DNA of 64,000 bases from Felis catus (Eukaryota), in assembly GCF_018350175.1 (NCBI RefSeq), contig NC_058368.1, forward strand, positions 181,538,001-181,602,000. The letters are read 5' to 3'. Shown piece after piece: positions 37,727 to 51,380 of the stretch (positions are counted from its first letter, which is position 1; each line of letters starts with the position of its first letter). The notes below the pieces were generated by a model. That model did not search any database and was not told the DNA's origin. It saw nothing but the letters and a program-made list of their open reading frames with translations. A program made the position numbers and the translations under genes.

Positions 37727-39772
37727 AAAATAAAAAAAATAAAATAAAAAAAGGTTTAGAAATATCTCCCTAAACTACCTTTTCCCATCCCTGACATCAA
37801 AAGGGAACATACAGAATTGTAAAAGTCCCTAGTGATTGTGAAAGACATTTTACTTGTGGAAAATTTCCAGGTTCTTTGATCATGTCATCTTTGGTTATTT
37901 GAGCACAAATTCTCTTCATACCCTCATGATACAGCAATTTGGTAGAAATTGGAATGTCTCATATTTGAGTACTCTGTGAACAATATAAATCATTACCTGC
38001 TAAGCAGGTAACAGAGCTCACTCTAAATGAGTGGCTTATCAATAAACAAACCACCCTCATTTCACTTTGATTTACTCTATTTTGGAATAGGTGTTATCTT
38101 GTTGTCTTCAACAAGGAGAGGACTTTCAAGACCTAAACACTAGAGAACAATAGCACGAGGGAAGGCATTCTTTGTACAAGGTAAATGGAACTACTGAGGC
38201 TACTGTATAAGGTATTTTTCCTACTATAAGAGACTGCCAAATTATCACAGCATCAACAGTATGTGAGTCTACAAAACTGCTTTATTAACTCAGAATGCTG
38301 GGTTATATATATAAATATATATATTTTTTTCAGAAGTTAGAAATACTACAGTATTAATATATAAGCAACAGGTTACCCTATTTTACCATTTCTTTTCCCT
38401 TCAGTTTTAAACCCCCTTACAATACCACAAACACGCGAACTTAAATATTTCAAAGACAGCAAGAGATGCCAAGTCTAGCCATTCGTACAGAAAATGCTCA
38501 TAGACCAAGAAATTTTTAGAGTCATTTTACTCTGGATAAGGGCTTGACAGAGCCAGGTGTACAGCCAGGAAAGCACATTTTGCACTCTGAGTTTCTCAGC
38601 ATGGAAGAGAGATCCGGCATGTGCTCATTTGCATGCCGGTACCCAGAATGCTTTTCTAGTCACTTCCCCTCTCTGCACGCCCACCCCCTGCAGTGTGAGG
38701 GCCCAACCTCATGTTGTAGTGAAAGGTTTGGATGCACCAGTCACTGAGGGCTACTCTCTGACCTGAAAATCAAGAAGAGATTGTGATGAGAAATACGATG
38801 AGAAATAAAAAGCAGGAAAACTCTCATGGCTTTCCCAGAAAAACTCCATGGGTTAATTTCCATTACAGAATAACCACTGGTTAGGGCAAATGTTAAAAAA
38901 AAAAAAGTTTGCCTCTTTCCTTCCATCCTATTTGGTTAAAGTGACAATAGTTCAAAATTTGGGAGTCCCATATACAATTCAGTATTTGTAATACCAAAAA
39001 TGAGGTGAATGGAAGAGCCTTTGCCAGATGTCATTTCTATAATGGCCATCAAACAACCAGGCCTGAAGCTTACCTGAAATGTATGAGCAGTATTTGTGCA
39101 TGCTACCTAAACAGTGTGGAGTGGAGGCTATCAATAAATCATTTTATTTGAAAAATCTCAGGTATGTCCAAAACATATGCATATTTTTCTCTGCAGGCAC
39201 CTCCTTCAGAAATTTATAAATAGATTGTCAGCGAAGTAATAAAGGCACTTGTTATTTTTATTCCTTAGCAACTAGACAAAACCCACTTGTCCCATCACTT
39301 CATTTGCCCACTAACAAGACAGCTGAAAGTCATAAAATTAAAGTGCTTTGCTATAGCCATACCCAACAACGCAAGAGTGACAACAGAAGCAGTTAGTAAA
39401 ATGCAGGGCCCAGGGAATCATTTAGAAAGGAAAGAGCCTGAGAAGTCCAGTGCTGCTCAGACATACTGTCATTTTCCACACATGCTGCGTGACCACAGAA
39501 GTGCAGCAAAATCCCTGTCAGCTTCCCAAAGCTTCCCGCTTCGCACTCGAGGAGTAAATGCAATGAAATGTAAATTAATAACAGTGCCAGAGTTACAGAG
39601 ATATCTGTGAGTTGGCTCTTTTTATTCTTTTTTTTTTTTTTTGTAAATCATTCTAAAATTTCAATCCTTAATTGAGGAAACTTCGTGGTGCAGAACACTG
39701 CCAAGGCATGGTGAAATCACTGATGAAGACCTGCATTGAGCCTCTGGTCTGGTCATGGTCATGGATTTAGAG

Positions 39773-40010
39773 TAGCACTTCCCAAATCGTTTTGTTCACT
39801 GTCTCAAGCTCAAGATGCTCTCTCCACAGGTTCCCTTCAAAATAGGCTTCGGGGGGAAGTTTGAAAACTGCTACCTCTCCTTCTTGAATTATCTCAGGGC
39901 ACACTACCACATTAAAAGGCTCTGAGAATCCGTGAACAACAGGAACTTGCTTAATCCACTTTCTCAACATTATTTGACCATGGGACTCTTGGGGTGGAGG
40001 GACTTCTTAT
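39773..40010 (+). mobile_element. MER103C-like hAT DNA transposon fossil
   Basis: attaaaaggctctgagaatcc...ttatttgaccatgg matches the recalled MER103C. Confidence 0.65.
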
Positions 40011-40459
40011 TACATTTGGACACAGTATACCATAGAGGATAGTTTGGAAAATGTGGCTCTATAAAGCATGATGATATTTTAGCATGACACGACAGGGTAG
40101 GTTCCAAAATAACTAAACATTTTTTGGTTTCATTTCTTACGGTAGTCTTCTTGACAGAGCAAAACCTATGTACATTTTCATGAATTCCTAATGTTGGAGG
40201 CACAAAATGGACCCTGTCACACAACTGATTCCATCTTTACCACTTCACTAGCAATATCAAAGAAATGATAGGCAAGGGAGGAGCTCTGAGGGGCTGCCGA
40301 CAAAGGCCTGCCATGCTTGGACAAGTTCTCCTTTATAATCAAGGTGGTTATGATGTGATAGGTTCCTCAAATAAGAAACCATGAAAGATTACAAGGCAAC
40401 ATGCATGACCTTTATGCTGTTGTAAGGCAAACAGGATTGGGATATTTAGTAAAAATAGC

Positions 40460-40630
40460 TTATATCTATTTAGCACTTTCGAGGTGCCCCAAACTCTTCT
40501 TATTACATTATATGTACTATTTCATCTGTCCCTAAGTGGAAAATGCAAATTAGGTTCTAATTTTCCCCCATTTTACAAATAAGGCAATCCAGGAACTGAG
40601 AGGTCACACAGCTAGTGAATACCACAATGG
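40460..40630 (-). mobile_element. MIR relic
   Basis: ccccattttacaaataaggcaa...aggtcacacagctagt. Confidence 0.6.
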
Positions 40631-42785
40631 AAAAAAGATAATGCGGGACTAGTTGGAACATGATTATGGATTTGAATTTGCAAGCATTTTAAATCCTACA
40701 GAAATTTCTCTATTTTAGTTTAAGAATCTTCTGTTCTTTCTGGAAGACATCATCTGATTCTGTCATTGTTTTATCAGAGTGAAACATTTTTACTATCAGC
40801 TGAGATAATTTCCCAGCTATGTTTTATTGTAATTTTTTTTAATTTGTATTTTTCAATAATGGAAACACTGGAATCCTTCATGCTTTCACATGTATTTCCT
40901 TCATTCACATGCTCAGATTCATACCAGACTGCATAACTTACCAAGGCAATGGAGAGGTACTGTCTATTCTATAATTACCTGTGTGGTTCATGACCTGCCA
41001 GTAAAGTACAAAAATATAAATATTTTCAGCCCATGGAAAGTGATTGCAAGTTTTTAAATACATGTTCCAAACAAAATCTGTCATTGGTTCATTCGCTTCA
41101 ATAAGCGTAATTTTCACATACAAAACAAAGGCCCTATTCATCAGCACATAGACACAAGAACAGATCCATTTGTCATCTTTATCATTTAGCTTTAGATCAA
41201 TTGATTATTGGCAGGCTATCTCTGGTGTGAACAATATAAACAGAAATATTCATCTCTAGAAGAAACTCAGCACTCAGTCTCATTTCATGCACAAAGAGAC
41301 CTTGCCCTTGTATTTCACTGAGCTGAAAGCAGCTTTTATTGATTTCACGTTGGACTGAATTTGTTACACTTTCGACAGCAATGGCAGAAACACTATTTGG
41401 TGATATTATGAACTTAAAAGTGAAACTTAGATTTTAAAACAGAATGGATGAAAATTAGAAAATGCTATAAATTTCTGGGAAGTCTGATAATTGCATTAAT
41501 TTCACCAAAGTTCTTTTTTTTCTGAGATCTTTTACAAAAAGGGAAAGAGGATTAAACATTTATTTCATTACCTGATAAATGTCTAATAAACATCAACAAG
41601 TAAACCCATCCATCTTCATTCGTGTGTGCCATATATATATATAGGCACTTCCAAGTCTGGATACATCAAAATTTGCAATATATATATATAATGCAGGTAA
41701 AAGGAATATTTGTATGCATTTACTGTGATGTTCATATGATTCAAAATAATTACACTCCAATGTAGTCCAAGTCACTAAATATTCCCAAGAGAAGGCAAAC
41801 TAAATCTCTGGTAACTAGGACACATTATTTGTGTTGGGGCTTTTTCAGACATGTCTAGAAATGTCTGACACACATATCCTTAACATGGACTATATTTGAG
41901 AGCTTTTTCTTCAGTTAAACACTGTATGAACAGCTGAGAAAATTCTGGACTTGTATTAAAACTGTACCCCTGTTTTAAACCTGTAAAACTGAACACTGAA
42001 ATATGCTTCCCACTTTGAGAGGCAAGAAACTCCCTCTTACTAGCTTTCACATTACTTTTACATAAAGTCTTTCATACCACAAATCTCTGGACAAATTCAT
42101 AAGCAAGTCTGAACCACACGTGTGTAAATGTACATAAAATTATTATTATAATGATATTTGAAGTTCAGTTAGGCTGTTGCCAAGCCTTTACTTCTTCAGG
42201 TCCTTAAAAGTGAATAAACTTCATAATAAAATTTCTGTGTCATTCCATGTAAGTTTCCTTGGAATAAATGAAAAAAAAAATAGAGTGCATGGTACATAAA
42301 TAAGTAGAAGAAATCAGAACAGCTTGAAAGCATGTATAGTGTCTTGCTTTTCCAATGTGATTATTTCCTCGATAAAAAGTAGCAAATGTTGTATACAAGT
42401 GCCTCTGCCTGTGGTTCAAAATTGAGCCCCACACACTACACTGGCTTAACTATTAGGCATCTAAATGGAGCATGCGAAAAAGCCATAGTGCGTGCAATGC
42501 CTGGATGGCCGCGGTGTCTTTCTCTTCTACTTGGAGCTGCTGAATGTAAAGAGAGTCAACAGGGATTTATTGACCTCCCACAGAGTGGAAAACCGTGTAT
42601 TACCAAAGGGTTTGAGGTACATTTTTGAAGAAAAAGAAAAGAGCTGGCTCTTTAGCTATCAGCATGGAGAGTTCTAAGCTAGTGCTACCAAGATGTGAAG
42701 ATGATCGTTAGGTAGCAGCTTCCACACAAGTGCTCCTCCACTGTTACCCGAATTATCCTCAGAAGTCATAAATGCCAAATGTTGT

Positions 42786-43600
42786 TGTGCCATTGTGATA
42801 TATAAAAAGAAATTTATATTTGGTCTTTGTCCTCAGTTCCTGGCAAAGAGCTTTAAAACCCTTGGAATTTCACAAGTGGTAACGGTGAGAGGAATATCTT
42901 TTGCTCATCATAGCAAGCCCTTGCAACCACCAGGGAGTTTATGTTAATGAGGTGATTTTTGGAAAGTCTTTAAGGACTAGGTGCAGCTGGCTGCCAGAGG
43001 AGCCAACCACAGGATTCCAGCCCCGTTCTGAACTGGAAGGGAGAAGGGCTGGAGACTCGAGTTCAATCACGTGGTCAGTAACTTAATCAATTGTGTATTT
43101 GTAATGGGACCTCCAAACAAACCTTCAACAATAGGGTTTGGAGCACGTCCAGGCTGGCGAAAACACCAAAGTGCTGGGGCAGTGATCACTTGGAAGCTCT
43201 GCACCCTCACGCAGATACTTGTGCTATACATTTCCTCCATTGGGCTGTTCGTGAGTTGCATCCTTTTTAATAGGCCAGTGATCATAACTGTTTTCCCGAG
43301 TTCTTTGAACTATTCTATCAAATTGTCAATCCCAAGGAGGGGGCTGTATGAATCTGTGAATCTCCTAATTAATCACTTGTCAGTCAGAAGTATGGTAGAC
43401 CCAGAATAGTCCTTGGTGTCTGAAGTGAGGGACAAGCTTGTGGGACTAAAACCTTAACCTATGGGGTCTGTGCTAACTCTAGATGGTTGGTGTCAGAGTT
43501 GAATTAAGTTGCAAGACCTCCATTGGCATCCACAGAGAATCAGAGAACAGCCTGGTGTGGAAAACCTACTATTTGGTGACAAAAGTGCTTTGTAGCTAAA
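42786..43600 (+). mobile_element. ERVL solo LTR (MER21B/C-like)
   Basis: tgtgccattgtgatatataaaaagaaatttatatttggtctttgtcc...ttcctggca..gagct..taaaacccttggaattt is the recalled MER21 5' end; tgtgggact..accttaacct.tggggtctgtgctaact near the 3' end. Confidence 0.85.
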
Positions 43601-44284
43601 AACTAGACTTTAAGAACTAAAGAGTATTACAAGGTCAACTAATTATTTATCTACTTTTACCTTACTTTACTCAAAGGACACCTTGTTGAAAGCAGGCATT
43701 GTCATATAACTTCCCTAAATGAAAAATAAAATAATGTTCAGAAATTCCCCTACACTCCATTTTTAATCGATTCTCTTACTTTCCATTTTAAATGATCCCA
43801 AGATTTCCTTTATCATTTCCTGTCTTCTCAGTCTGCTTTCTAGGAATAGGACATCTTCCAATAAGTAGTAATCCCTGTTGGAGGAGAGGTTCACTAAAAT
43901 AAACTTTAAATCCACAAATTAGTAAAATAAGCTAGGAAAAACTCCAAGGATATATGTGTTACAGTCCTGGATCAACCACCTGATGTACCTTGAGTTACTC
44001 TGAAATGAGTTTTGGGGAAGATCATCACCAATCTGCTAAGACTGTTCTGATCATTACATTAAATAATGTAATTTTGTGGCCAGGTTCACCCATCATTTTC
44101 TTGAAAATGAAATTTTAATCATACTATATTGGCTTATTATATTACACATAATTTTACTTACAAACATTGCCATGAAAGAACTTTTACATCATCCTGACTG
44201 AAGAATAAATTCCTATGAGAGGTGTGTTCAGGGTTAGCCTGAAATCAAAGCTGCCCGAGTTAGAATTTTAACAAAAACTCAGAT

Positions 44285-44452
44285 AATACATAGGACCATG
44301 GACAAATCATGTAAACTCTATATGCCTCGGTTTCCTCATCTATAAAAGACAAATTATATTTAATTGGGTTGCTGTGACAATTAAATTAGTGGATCATGTT
44401 AAACACTTAGAAGAATTGCCGGCATAGTAAACATTATATAAGAATTGGCTAG
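44285..44452 (+). mobile_element. MIR relic
   Basis: gaccatggacaaatca...tgcctcggtttcctcatctataaaa. Confidence 0.75.
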
Positions 44453-45059
44453 GATTGTGAGAGCTTAAAGCAGTCAATTTGTAAAAACTTTCAATTCTAG
44501 GACCAGTACACTGTTCTGGTCCTAAGATGTGTTTTGAAAACAAGATGATAAGCTAATTAAATTTAATTGATCCCAGGCTTGAATTTTTAAGCTTGTTACA
44601 AAGCAATAATTCTCCCCCCCCCATAATGATTATCTTTCTCTGAACTGTCAGAAACAAGCTTATAACAATTCTAATACTAGCAGAAATTAAAACTGCACCA
44701 CTAGTTTAACAATATAGGTGACCATTAAAGTGCACTGCAATTTTATGGTGAAGGTTGCCCAAAGAAAAGGGGAACAGACACAATCAGAAATGAGCAGGAC
44801 AAAGAGAAGATAGAAGGAAATAGTGTATTTCATAAAATAATCATAACACCTATAAGTAATTTTTTAATCCTATATTTGGTTCCCTCCCTTTTCTAATTTC
44901 TAGCTGTTTCCAGTGGAGACTTCTTTATAATAGTCATTGCAGAGTTTTCTTTGAGTGTTTTCCTTTTCTCTTTCTCTCTTCCTTCCTTTCCTTTGCTTCC
45001 CATACTTTCCCCCTCCCTCTCTTCTTCCCTCCTCTCTTCCATACAATAGCTGCCTTGTG

Positions 45060-45420
45060 CCACACTCCAATAGGTATTAGAGCTACAGCAGTCAATCAAA
45101 CACAAACCTGTCTGCAAGATACTCACATTTCTAAGTGGAAGAGATTGGCACACAAGCAGATCATCACAGTCAATACAATTAGTACACAGATAATCACAGA
45201 TGGAAGCAAAAATGTGGAAAGAGTAGAGTGAGGAGGGTTGGAAAGAGAGGTAAGGAAAGTTTTCTGAATGAGGAATTGATGAAGGTGAGCCCTCAAGAAT
45301 TAGTAGAAAATGACTTGTGGGCACAGAAGAAAAGGAATCAGCATGGTAGATGATCCACACAGAAGGGAAACCTGAAAAAGGCAAGGAGCCATGTGACCTG
45401 GGTAGGAAACTGAAAATCAG
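45060..45420 (-). mobile_element. L2 relic
   Basis: acagcagtcaatcaaacaca...ctcacatttcta...tgagccctcaagaattagtagaa. Confidence 0.55.
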
Positions 45421-46999
45421 GTCTATGTTGTTGGACTATCTATACTGTGTGAATGTGTACAAGATTTTATGTAACATGTACTATCCTTTAAAATTTCCCA
45501 CACAATATAATATAGAAGTAGGATCTTTATCTAGTCTTCTTGACCATGTACATTTTTCAGAAACACACTAGGTCATATTTCTGGTTAAAAAACCTACTAG
45601 ATAAACAATAAAGACCTAACTTGTGCCAGACTGTTCTGGGCACTAGATACGGGAGTAAACGGGACAGGATTGATGGAGCATATAACCTAGAAGGGGAGAG
45701 GGAAAATAAATAGATACCATTCAAATTGTATCTATTTTGTATTTTAAAATAATGAACTTCTTCTAATTTAAACTATCAAGGGGAATTCATGAATTCGCTT
45801 AATATTTATCAGGGTCTAAGTTCCTACCTAAGCTTAGTGGTAAGTTTTACTGTTCAGATTTAGTTCAGCTATTCATTCAATCCACCCGTATTCATTGAGC
45901 ACTTATTATGGTACAGAATATTCAATTAATTAACATGCTTGGACTAGATCCACAAACAAATGGGCAAAGAAAAACTTTGAATTCCTTTTTTTCCTCCTTT
46001 CATTCCTCTGACAGTAGCAGCAGAAAAACAATCTTTGATTCCTGTCTCATCATAAAGATTTCATGAATCTAGAAATGTGCGTGAGTATCAGGAAAATAAT
46101 TGATTAGAAAGCAAGAACGGCAGCAGTCGGGTCATATTCATGATTCTTTCTCTTAACTAAAATCTACCGGTATTGCATTTTTTTAATGCTTCATTTAAAC
46201 TATCCAAATAAAAAAAAAATACATCAAGGTGTCTATGTAAACACTTACAGCCCAGTGGCATTTTTAAAGAAATACATAAGCCCAACATGGGATCCTTAAT
46301 GGACACAGAAGTCATGAAACCACAATAAGAAATGTAATGCCAACCACAAGTTATCTAATATTTCAGAGATAACAACATCCTGTAATGTTGTACAATAATT
46401 TTAAGGCAGATTGAACATAGTTGTGCAATTATCATAGGGGGAAAAAAAGTCTGCACATTTTTGCGATTTTTCTTTTTTGACACATTAATTGCTCCTCCAT
46501 ACACAAGGAGAACAAAAGCAGCAGCATGCCATATTTATTCAATGAAGGGTGAGCCACAGGGGTTGGGGAACATTTTTTCTCCAACACTAGCCAAATTATC
46601 TCAGTGCCCAACTTGTAAGAGGCTGCAATAATACTCGATCATTTCAGAGTGCTGGTAGGGTTATGCATCATTTTAACAGCACGATGGCAGATTGTGATCA
46701 TCTTCATGTTATAGGAATCTAGGGATAAGTGGCAGGCATGGTGAGTCATTTTCATACATCCTCATTCTGCATGGAAACCTTAAAGAGATAGTCAGAAATT
46801 GTTCTCTTCTGGCATGCCATGCTCATTAACTCCAAGAGTAAGGAGGCTTGTGTATACCTGAAGGGTCACTGGCGAAATAATCAAGGCTTTTGGTATTCAT
46901 TTTAAAGAACAACCCAAGGGAGAGCATATAGTCATTCAATTGATAATGTGTTATCTAGTAAAAATAGGTTTTAGAACAAGGAAACTGAAATAAAATGGA

Positions 47000-47125
47000 T
47001 AGGAAGCTCCATCAGGGCAGGAGTAATGTCAGTTGCCTTTACGGATTTGTATATTTAGCACCTGGCATGGTACTAGAAACACGTAGGTGTTTAGTAAATA
47101 GCGTTTACTGGATGGATGAATGAAC
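47000..47125 (+). mobile_element. L2 3' end
   Basis: aagctccatcagggcagg...gcacctggcatggt...gtaggtgtttagtaaata...gaatgaa. Confidence 0.7.
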
Positions 47126-49519
47126 AAACGGATATATTATAAATGTTCAGTGTGTATGTTAGTGTTAGCTTTGCTCATGGAAACTATTCTCTTTAAGTCT
47201 GAGAAGTTGGCTATTTGGTCACTAAAATACATCTTAAAAAGAATTTTTTTACTTGTCATCATAATATATTTGTATGCACTGAACAGCTACTGCTTAACCA
47301 CTTGAATAAAAAAGATATTCAGCATGTTTATGCCAATTCAACTGCCATCAACATCCGAATACCCACAAAAAATCATCATCAGAGATAATCAGTTCTTTTG
47401 GTAAAGGCACAAAGCAGTTTGGAAAAACTTAATTGAAAACTGGACACAACTGGATGATGATTGATGATGAATGCAATGGTGATGAATTAATTTATTTCTT
47501 AATGAGCAGGCTCAGCTCCTTCATTTCCTCTAAGAGATTAGCATATTTAAATACAATATGTTATGTTTCCCCTATAAGATCTAATCTTTTAAGCACTAAA
47601 GTACTATGCGTAGTTCAAAGACTGTTTTAATAAAAAAGAAAGGGATAAAAATAATGCCGTGTACAAGGAGTGCTGTGGAGGCACATGTTATAGGAAAAGG
47701 TGTGTCTGTAAATAGGTTCTATATTTGAAATACAGATGTTAGATTAGGTTCTGCCAAGCAACTAAGTCCAAACAATCAAACTAAAATGATGTATTACTGA
47801 AAAGGGGTTCCTCCATTCCCTCTAATGCCACAAACATACCATCTAGCGTCCTAAAAACAATATTCTATATTTTATATTAAATGATGAGCATTCTATTTTT
47901 CTGTTTATCTCTTCATTGTGTCTTTTTTTTTAACTTTAATTTCTTTTAGGTTTAATTAGTTTCTTTTCAGTGTTCTGTGGAGGCATCTTAAAAGCTGAGA
48001 TGAGGGATTTGATTTAAAATCGGTGTTGACACACAAGTTAGTGAAGGATATCAGAGAATAAAGGAGTCACTTCACTGGAATGGCATTTGAGTCCATTTTC
48101 AGGCTTGAGGCAGTCTAGCTTGTACTTGGCTGATATTTATTTATCTATCATCTGCTTTGGTAAATATAGATTTGGGTTGGATTGTTCCCTTATTCAATTA
48201 TAAGCACTTTACAGAGAGAGCCCAAGTCTTCCATTTCATTTCCACTCCCCACAGTACATGGTAAACTGTGTCCATGTTACACTCAGAAGACAGGCTATGC
48301 CCAAACTTAAAAACCAAGTCTGCATTACACAGAAGCCACAGAAACTAAAGTTATCAAGAGATCTCCCAAGTCTGGACAGAAAAGAATATTGAAATAGAAC
48401 TTTCCTCACGGATCTCATCAACTCACTTGGGGCACCAAGGGATCACCTGAGGCGATGTGAATTAACTCTTAGTTAATGGAATTTTTGACCAACCAGAACT
48501 CCTGTTGCCTTACCATTCAAGATAGCAAAGCTTTCATTGTAATAGTGGCATTCATAACAAGACAAGTTAGCCCATATTGTCAGCTCCATAAATAATTGGG
48601 TCCCAGAAGGACTGGCAGAGAGCTTTGGTGATATATAGCTACCAAGTACACTGACAAATTGTGATCAGGCTGCCTTTGTTCGAAAAGCAGCCCGTCTCAA
48701 TATAAACTCAGAATGGCAGGGGAATTGTGCAGCATAAAGCAGTCCGATAAATGAAGCTCCCATCTGTCACAGGGAGTTCCACCCCAGGACAGAGGTCACT
48801 GGATAATAATAATAATGATGAGAGCAATAATGTGAATAATGACATCATCATAATAATAGGTGAACGAGCTGTAAAGAGTACAAGGGGTGCCTATTGTCAA
48901 CTCAGTGGCACTGAAGGGGAACTTTGACTGTCTTCCCAGAAGATGGGCAAATCAAATTCAAATGGCTATTGTTCTCAACAGGGGCAGAATCAGTCATAGG
49001 ATTTTCAGTGCCATTGGCATCCTGTGACACAAGGCAGCTGGGTGACAGAAAGAATCTGTCAAAAATCACTAGTGTGCTTGACCCAGTACTGGGAGGTGCA
49101 GTGAGAAAATGCCCTGGTTCATAGTAATACTAACAAAATAAGAATGTCTTAAACCCCCTATGTGCATTAATACTTATGCCTTAAACCCCCTATGGACATT
49201 AATATTCTCTAACTATCCAGTGCACTGAAGGAACAATAAGAGACTAGCCATTTCTATTGACTGATAACTTCACCTGGTAGAACCTGTGAAATTTTTCATT
49301 CCTTCTCCATTTTGTTCTCAGAAGTGAGGGGGTGAATTAACTTTGTGAAACACCTGCTACGTATACCCTCTTGTTTTACATAATCTATGGAGTTGGCAGT
49401 ATTGACCCATTTTAGGGGTGAGAAACTGGGAGAATTAATAACTTTCCCAAGGATATGTGATAGCAACTGGCAAAGTTAGAATTCACATCCAGATCCAACT
49501 CCCTCCAAAGTTCATACTC

Positions 49520-50211
49520 TGTAGTAAGTAGGCTGGATAATGGTCTCCTGAAAATGTACATTGTCTGAATCGCCCGCACTGTGAATATGCTACATGATAA
49601 AAGGACCTTGCAGATATAATTAAGGATCACAAAATAGAGAGAGTACCATGGATTATCCCGGTGGGCTCATTATCACAGGAGTCCTTTTAAGAGAGAGGCA
49701 GAGGGAGATTCTCGGAAGAGGCAAAATTGTGGCAGAAGCATGGGTGGGAGTGAGGCGGCAAGAGGCAAAGAATGCCCATATCACTTAGAAGTTGAAGAAC
49801 CAAGGAAGAGATTCTCCCTTGGAAACTCCAGAAGGAAAGAGCCCTGGTGACACGTCAGTTTTGTTTTTTGTTTGTTTTGTTTTTATATTTATTTATTTAT
49901 TTTGAGAGAGAACAAGCAGGAGAAGGACATAGAAAGAGGGACACAGAATCACAAGTAGGGTCCCCGCTGTCATCAATGAGCCCTAGGCAGGGCTCAAACC
50001 CACCAACTGTGAGATGATGACCTGAGGTGAAATCAAGAGCCTGACAGGTAACCAACTGAGCCAGTCAGGCGCCCCCCGCTGGTGACACTTTGAATTGAAT
50101 TCCCTAAAGACACTTTGGACTTCTAACCTCCAGAAATGAAACAGAATTCATTTGTGTTATTTAAATCCACTAAGCTTGTGAAGATTTGTTATAGCAGGAG
50201 AAAAGGAATAC
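49520..50211 (+). mobile_element. MaLR solo LTR (MLT1D-like), interrupted by a SINE
   Basis: ctgtgaatatg...ttgcagatataattaagg...ggattatcccggtggg...ttggacttctaacctccagaa...tttgttatagca. Confidence 0.85.
49858..50075 (-). mobile_element. Can-SINE nested in the MLT1D LTR
   Basis: Reverse SINE; TSD core ctggtgacac (49844-49853, 50079-50088). Confidence 0.93.
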
Positions 50212-50290
50212 CCCAAGTAGCAATGCCTTTTTAATAAATTACTGGGCAAATGGACTGCTCTTGCATTAAGACACAGAAGTCATCTCTATC

Positions 50291-50475
50291 TTTTTTCTTT
50301 TTTTGAAAAGTTTATTTATTTTGAGAGACAGTGAGTGAGTGGGAGAGAGGCAGAGAGAGAGAATCCCAAGCAGACTCTTTATTGTATAGACCAATGAGGG
50401 TTGAGCTCACCAACCATGAGATGATGACCTGAGCTGAAGTCTGACGCTTAACTGACTGAGCCACCCAGGCACCCC
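50291..50475 (-). mobile_element. Old Can-SINE
   Basis: Reverse head ...gacgcttaactgactgagccacccaggcacccc. Confidence 0.92.
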
Positions 50476-50674
50476 CATCTTCAGTTAACTAATAGCATAT
50501 AGCTGGGTGGGTGGGCCACTAATAAGCTATTTCCTCACAAAAGTAGAAGGAAAGAGATGAGGTCCTAATGGATCCCGTTGATTTCTTGGTCTATGGAATC
50601 TGAGTCACCCTCCTGGGAGTGTCAGCAGTTTCGTAAATCATGGACAGCACATAACTCTAATGAATGGAGGAGAG

Positions 50675-50677
50675 AAA

Positions 50678-50730
<53 letters not shown>
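50675..50730. repeat. (AAAT)n STR
   Basis: Seen directly. Confidence 0.97.
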
Positions 50731-51090
50731 CTTTAGAGAAAGGAAACTTTCTAGACTTGCCCTTTTTTAGACTAAGCTTGTTGTGCTTTGTAACTCAAAG
50801 AAAATGAGGAAGGGCCAGAATAAAGCACCTGGAGTTCCTGAGTACTTTACCTAATTAAAGTTATCAGACAGCTGGAATGTGCACGCCATGTTTCTGAATC
50901 TCCCGCCACCTACAGCATGGAGCTTTAGCCCTCAGACTCATGTTCGTAGCAAAAGTACACTCCACGCTAGTGACGAAGTTTAGACGGCTCCCGCAAGCCC
51001 ACACACAAATGCAAGCCACTGCCACCGCCAGTGTAGTCACTGTCATTTAAATATTTTTTTTTTCCAAATTAAAAATATTTAATGAGATGT

Positions 51091-51380
51091 TTACGTCACA
51101 CCCATTTGGGGAAACTAAGCTTTTATTTTAAGTATGAATAATACAGCTGCGTGGGTTTTAAAAATCTCCTAATTTCAATGTGAATACAGCACAGCTGCCT
51201 TGATGAGTGATCACAGAAGGGTGGCCGTGCCATTGGTTCAAAGTTGGAATATGTAATGACGTCTTATCATCAATGGCTCCTTTTTAAAAATAAACGCTAA
51301 TCTGCCAGCACTGCATTGGTCCACAAAGGTGTCGGTCAACTGTGGTTCATATATAAGCCAGGCAAGGCAAAGCATGTGCG
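51091..51380 (+). promoter_or_regulatory. Candidate promoter/enhancer with CRE-like, inverted CCAAT and TATA motifs
   Basis: TTACGTCA 51091, ATTGG 51232, TGACGTCT 51257, ATTGG 51315, TATATAAG 51350 in repeat-free DNA; motif-only evidence. Confidence 0.3.

Noticed and set aside
37431..37747. Tyr/Ile/His-rich ORFs on both strands
   Set aside because: Artefacts of the AT-rich simple repeat
39767..39970. Protein-looking 67-aa minus-strand ORF
   Set aside because: Overlaps a MER103C-like fossil; no recognisable homology
44498..44524. 9-bp hairpin taggaccag...ctggtccta
   Set aside because: Too short to be unexpected in 64 kb; no miRNA-length stem
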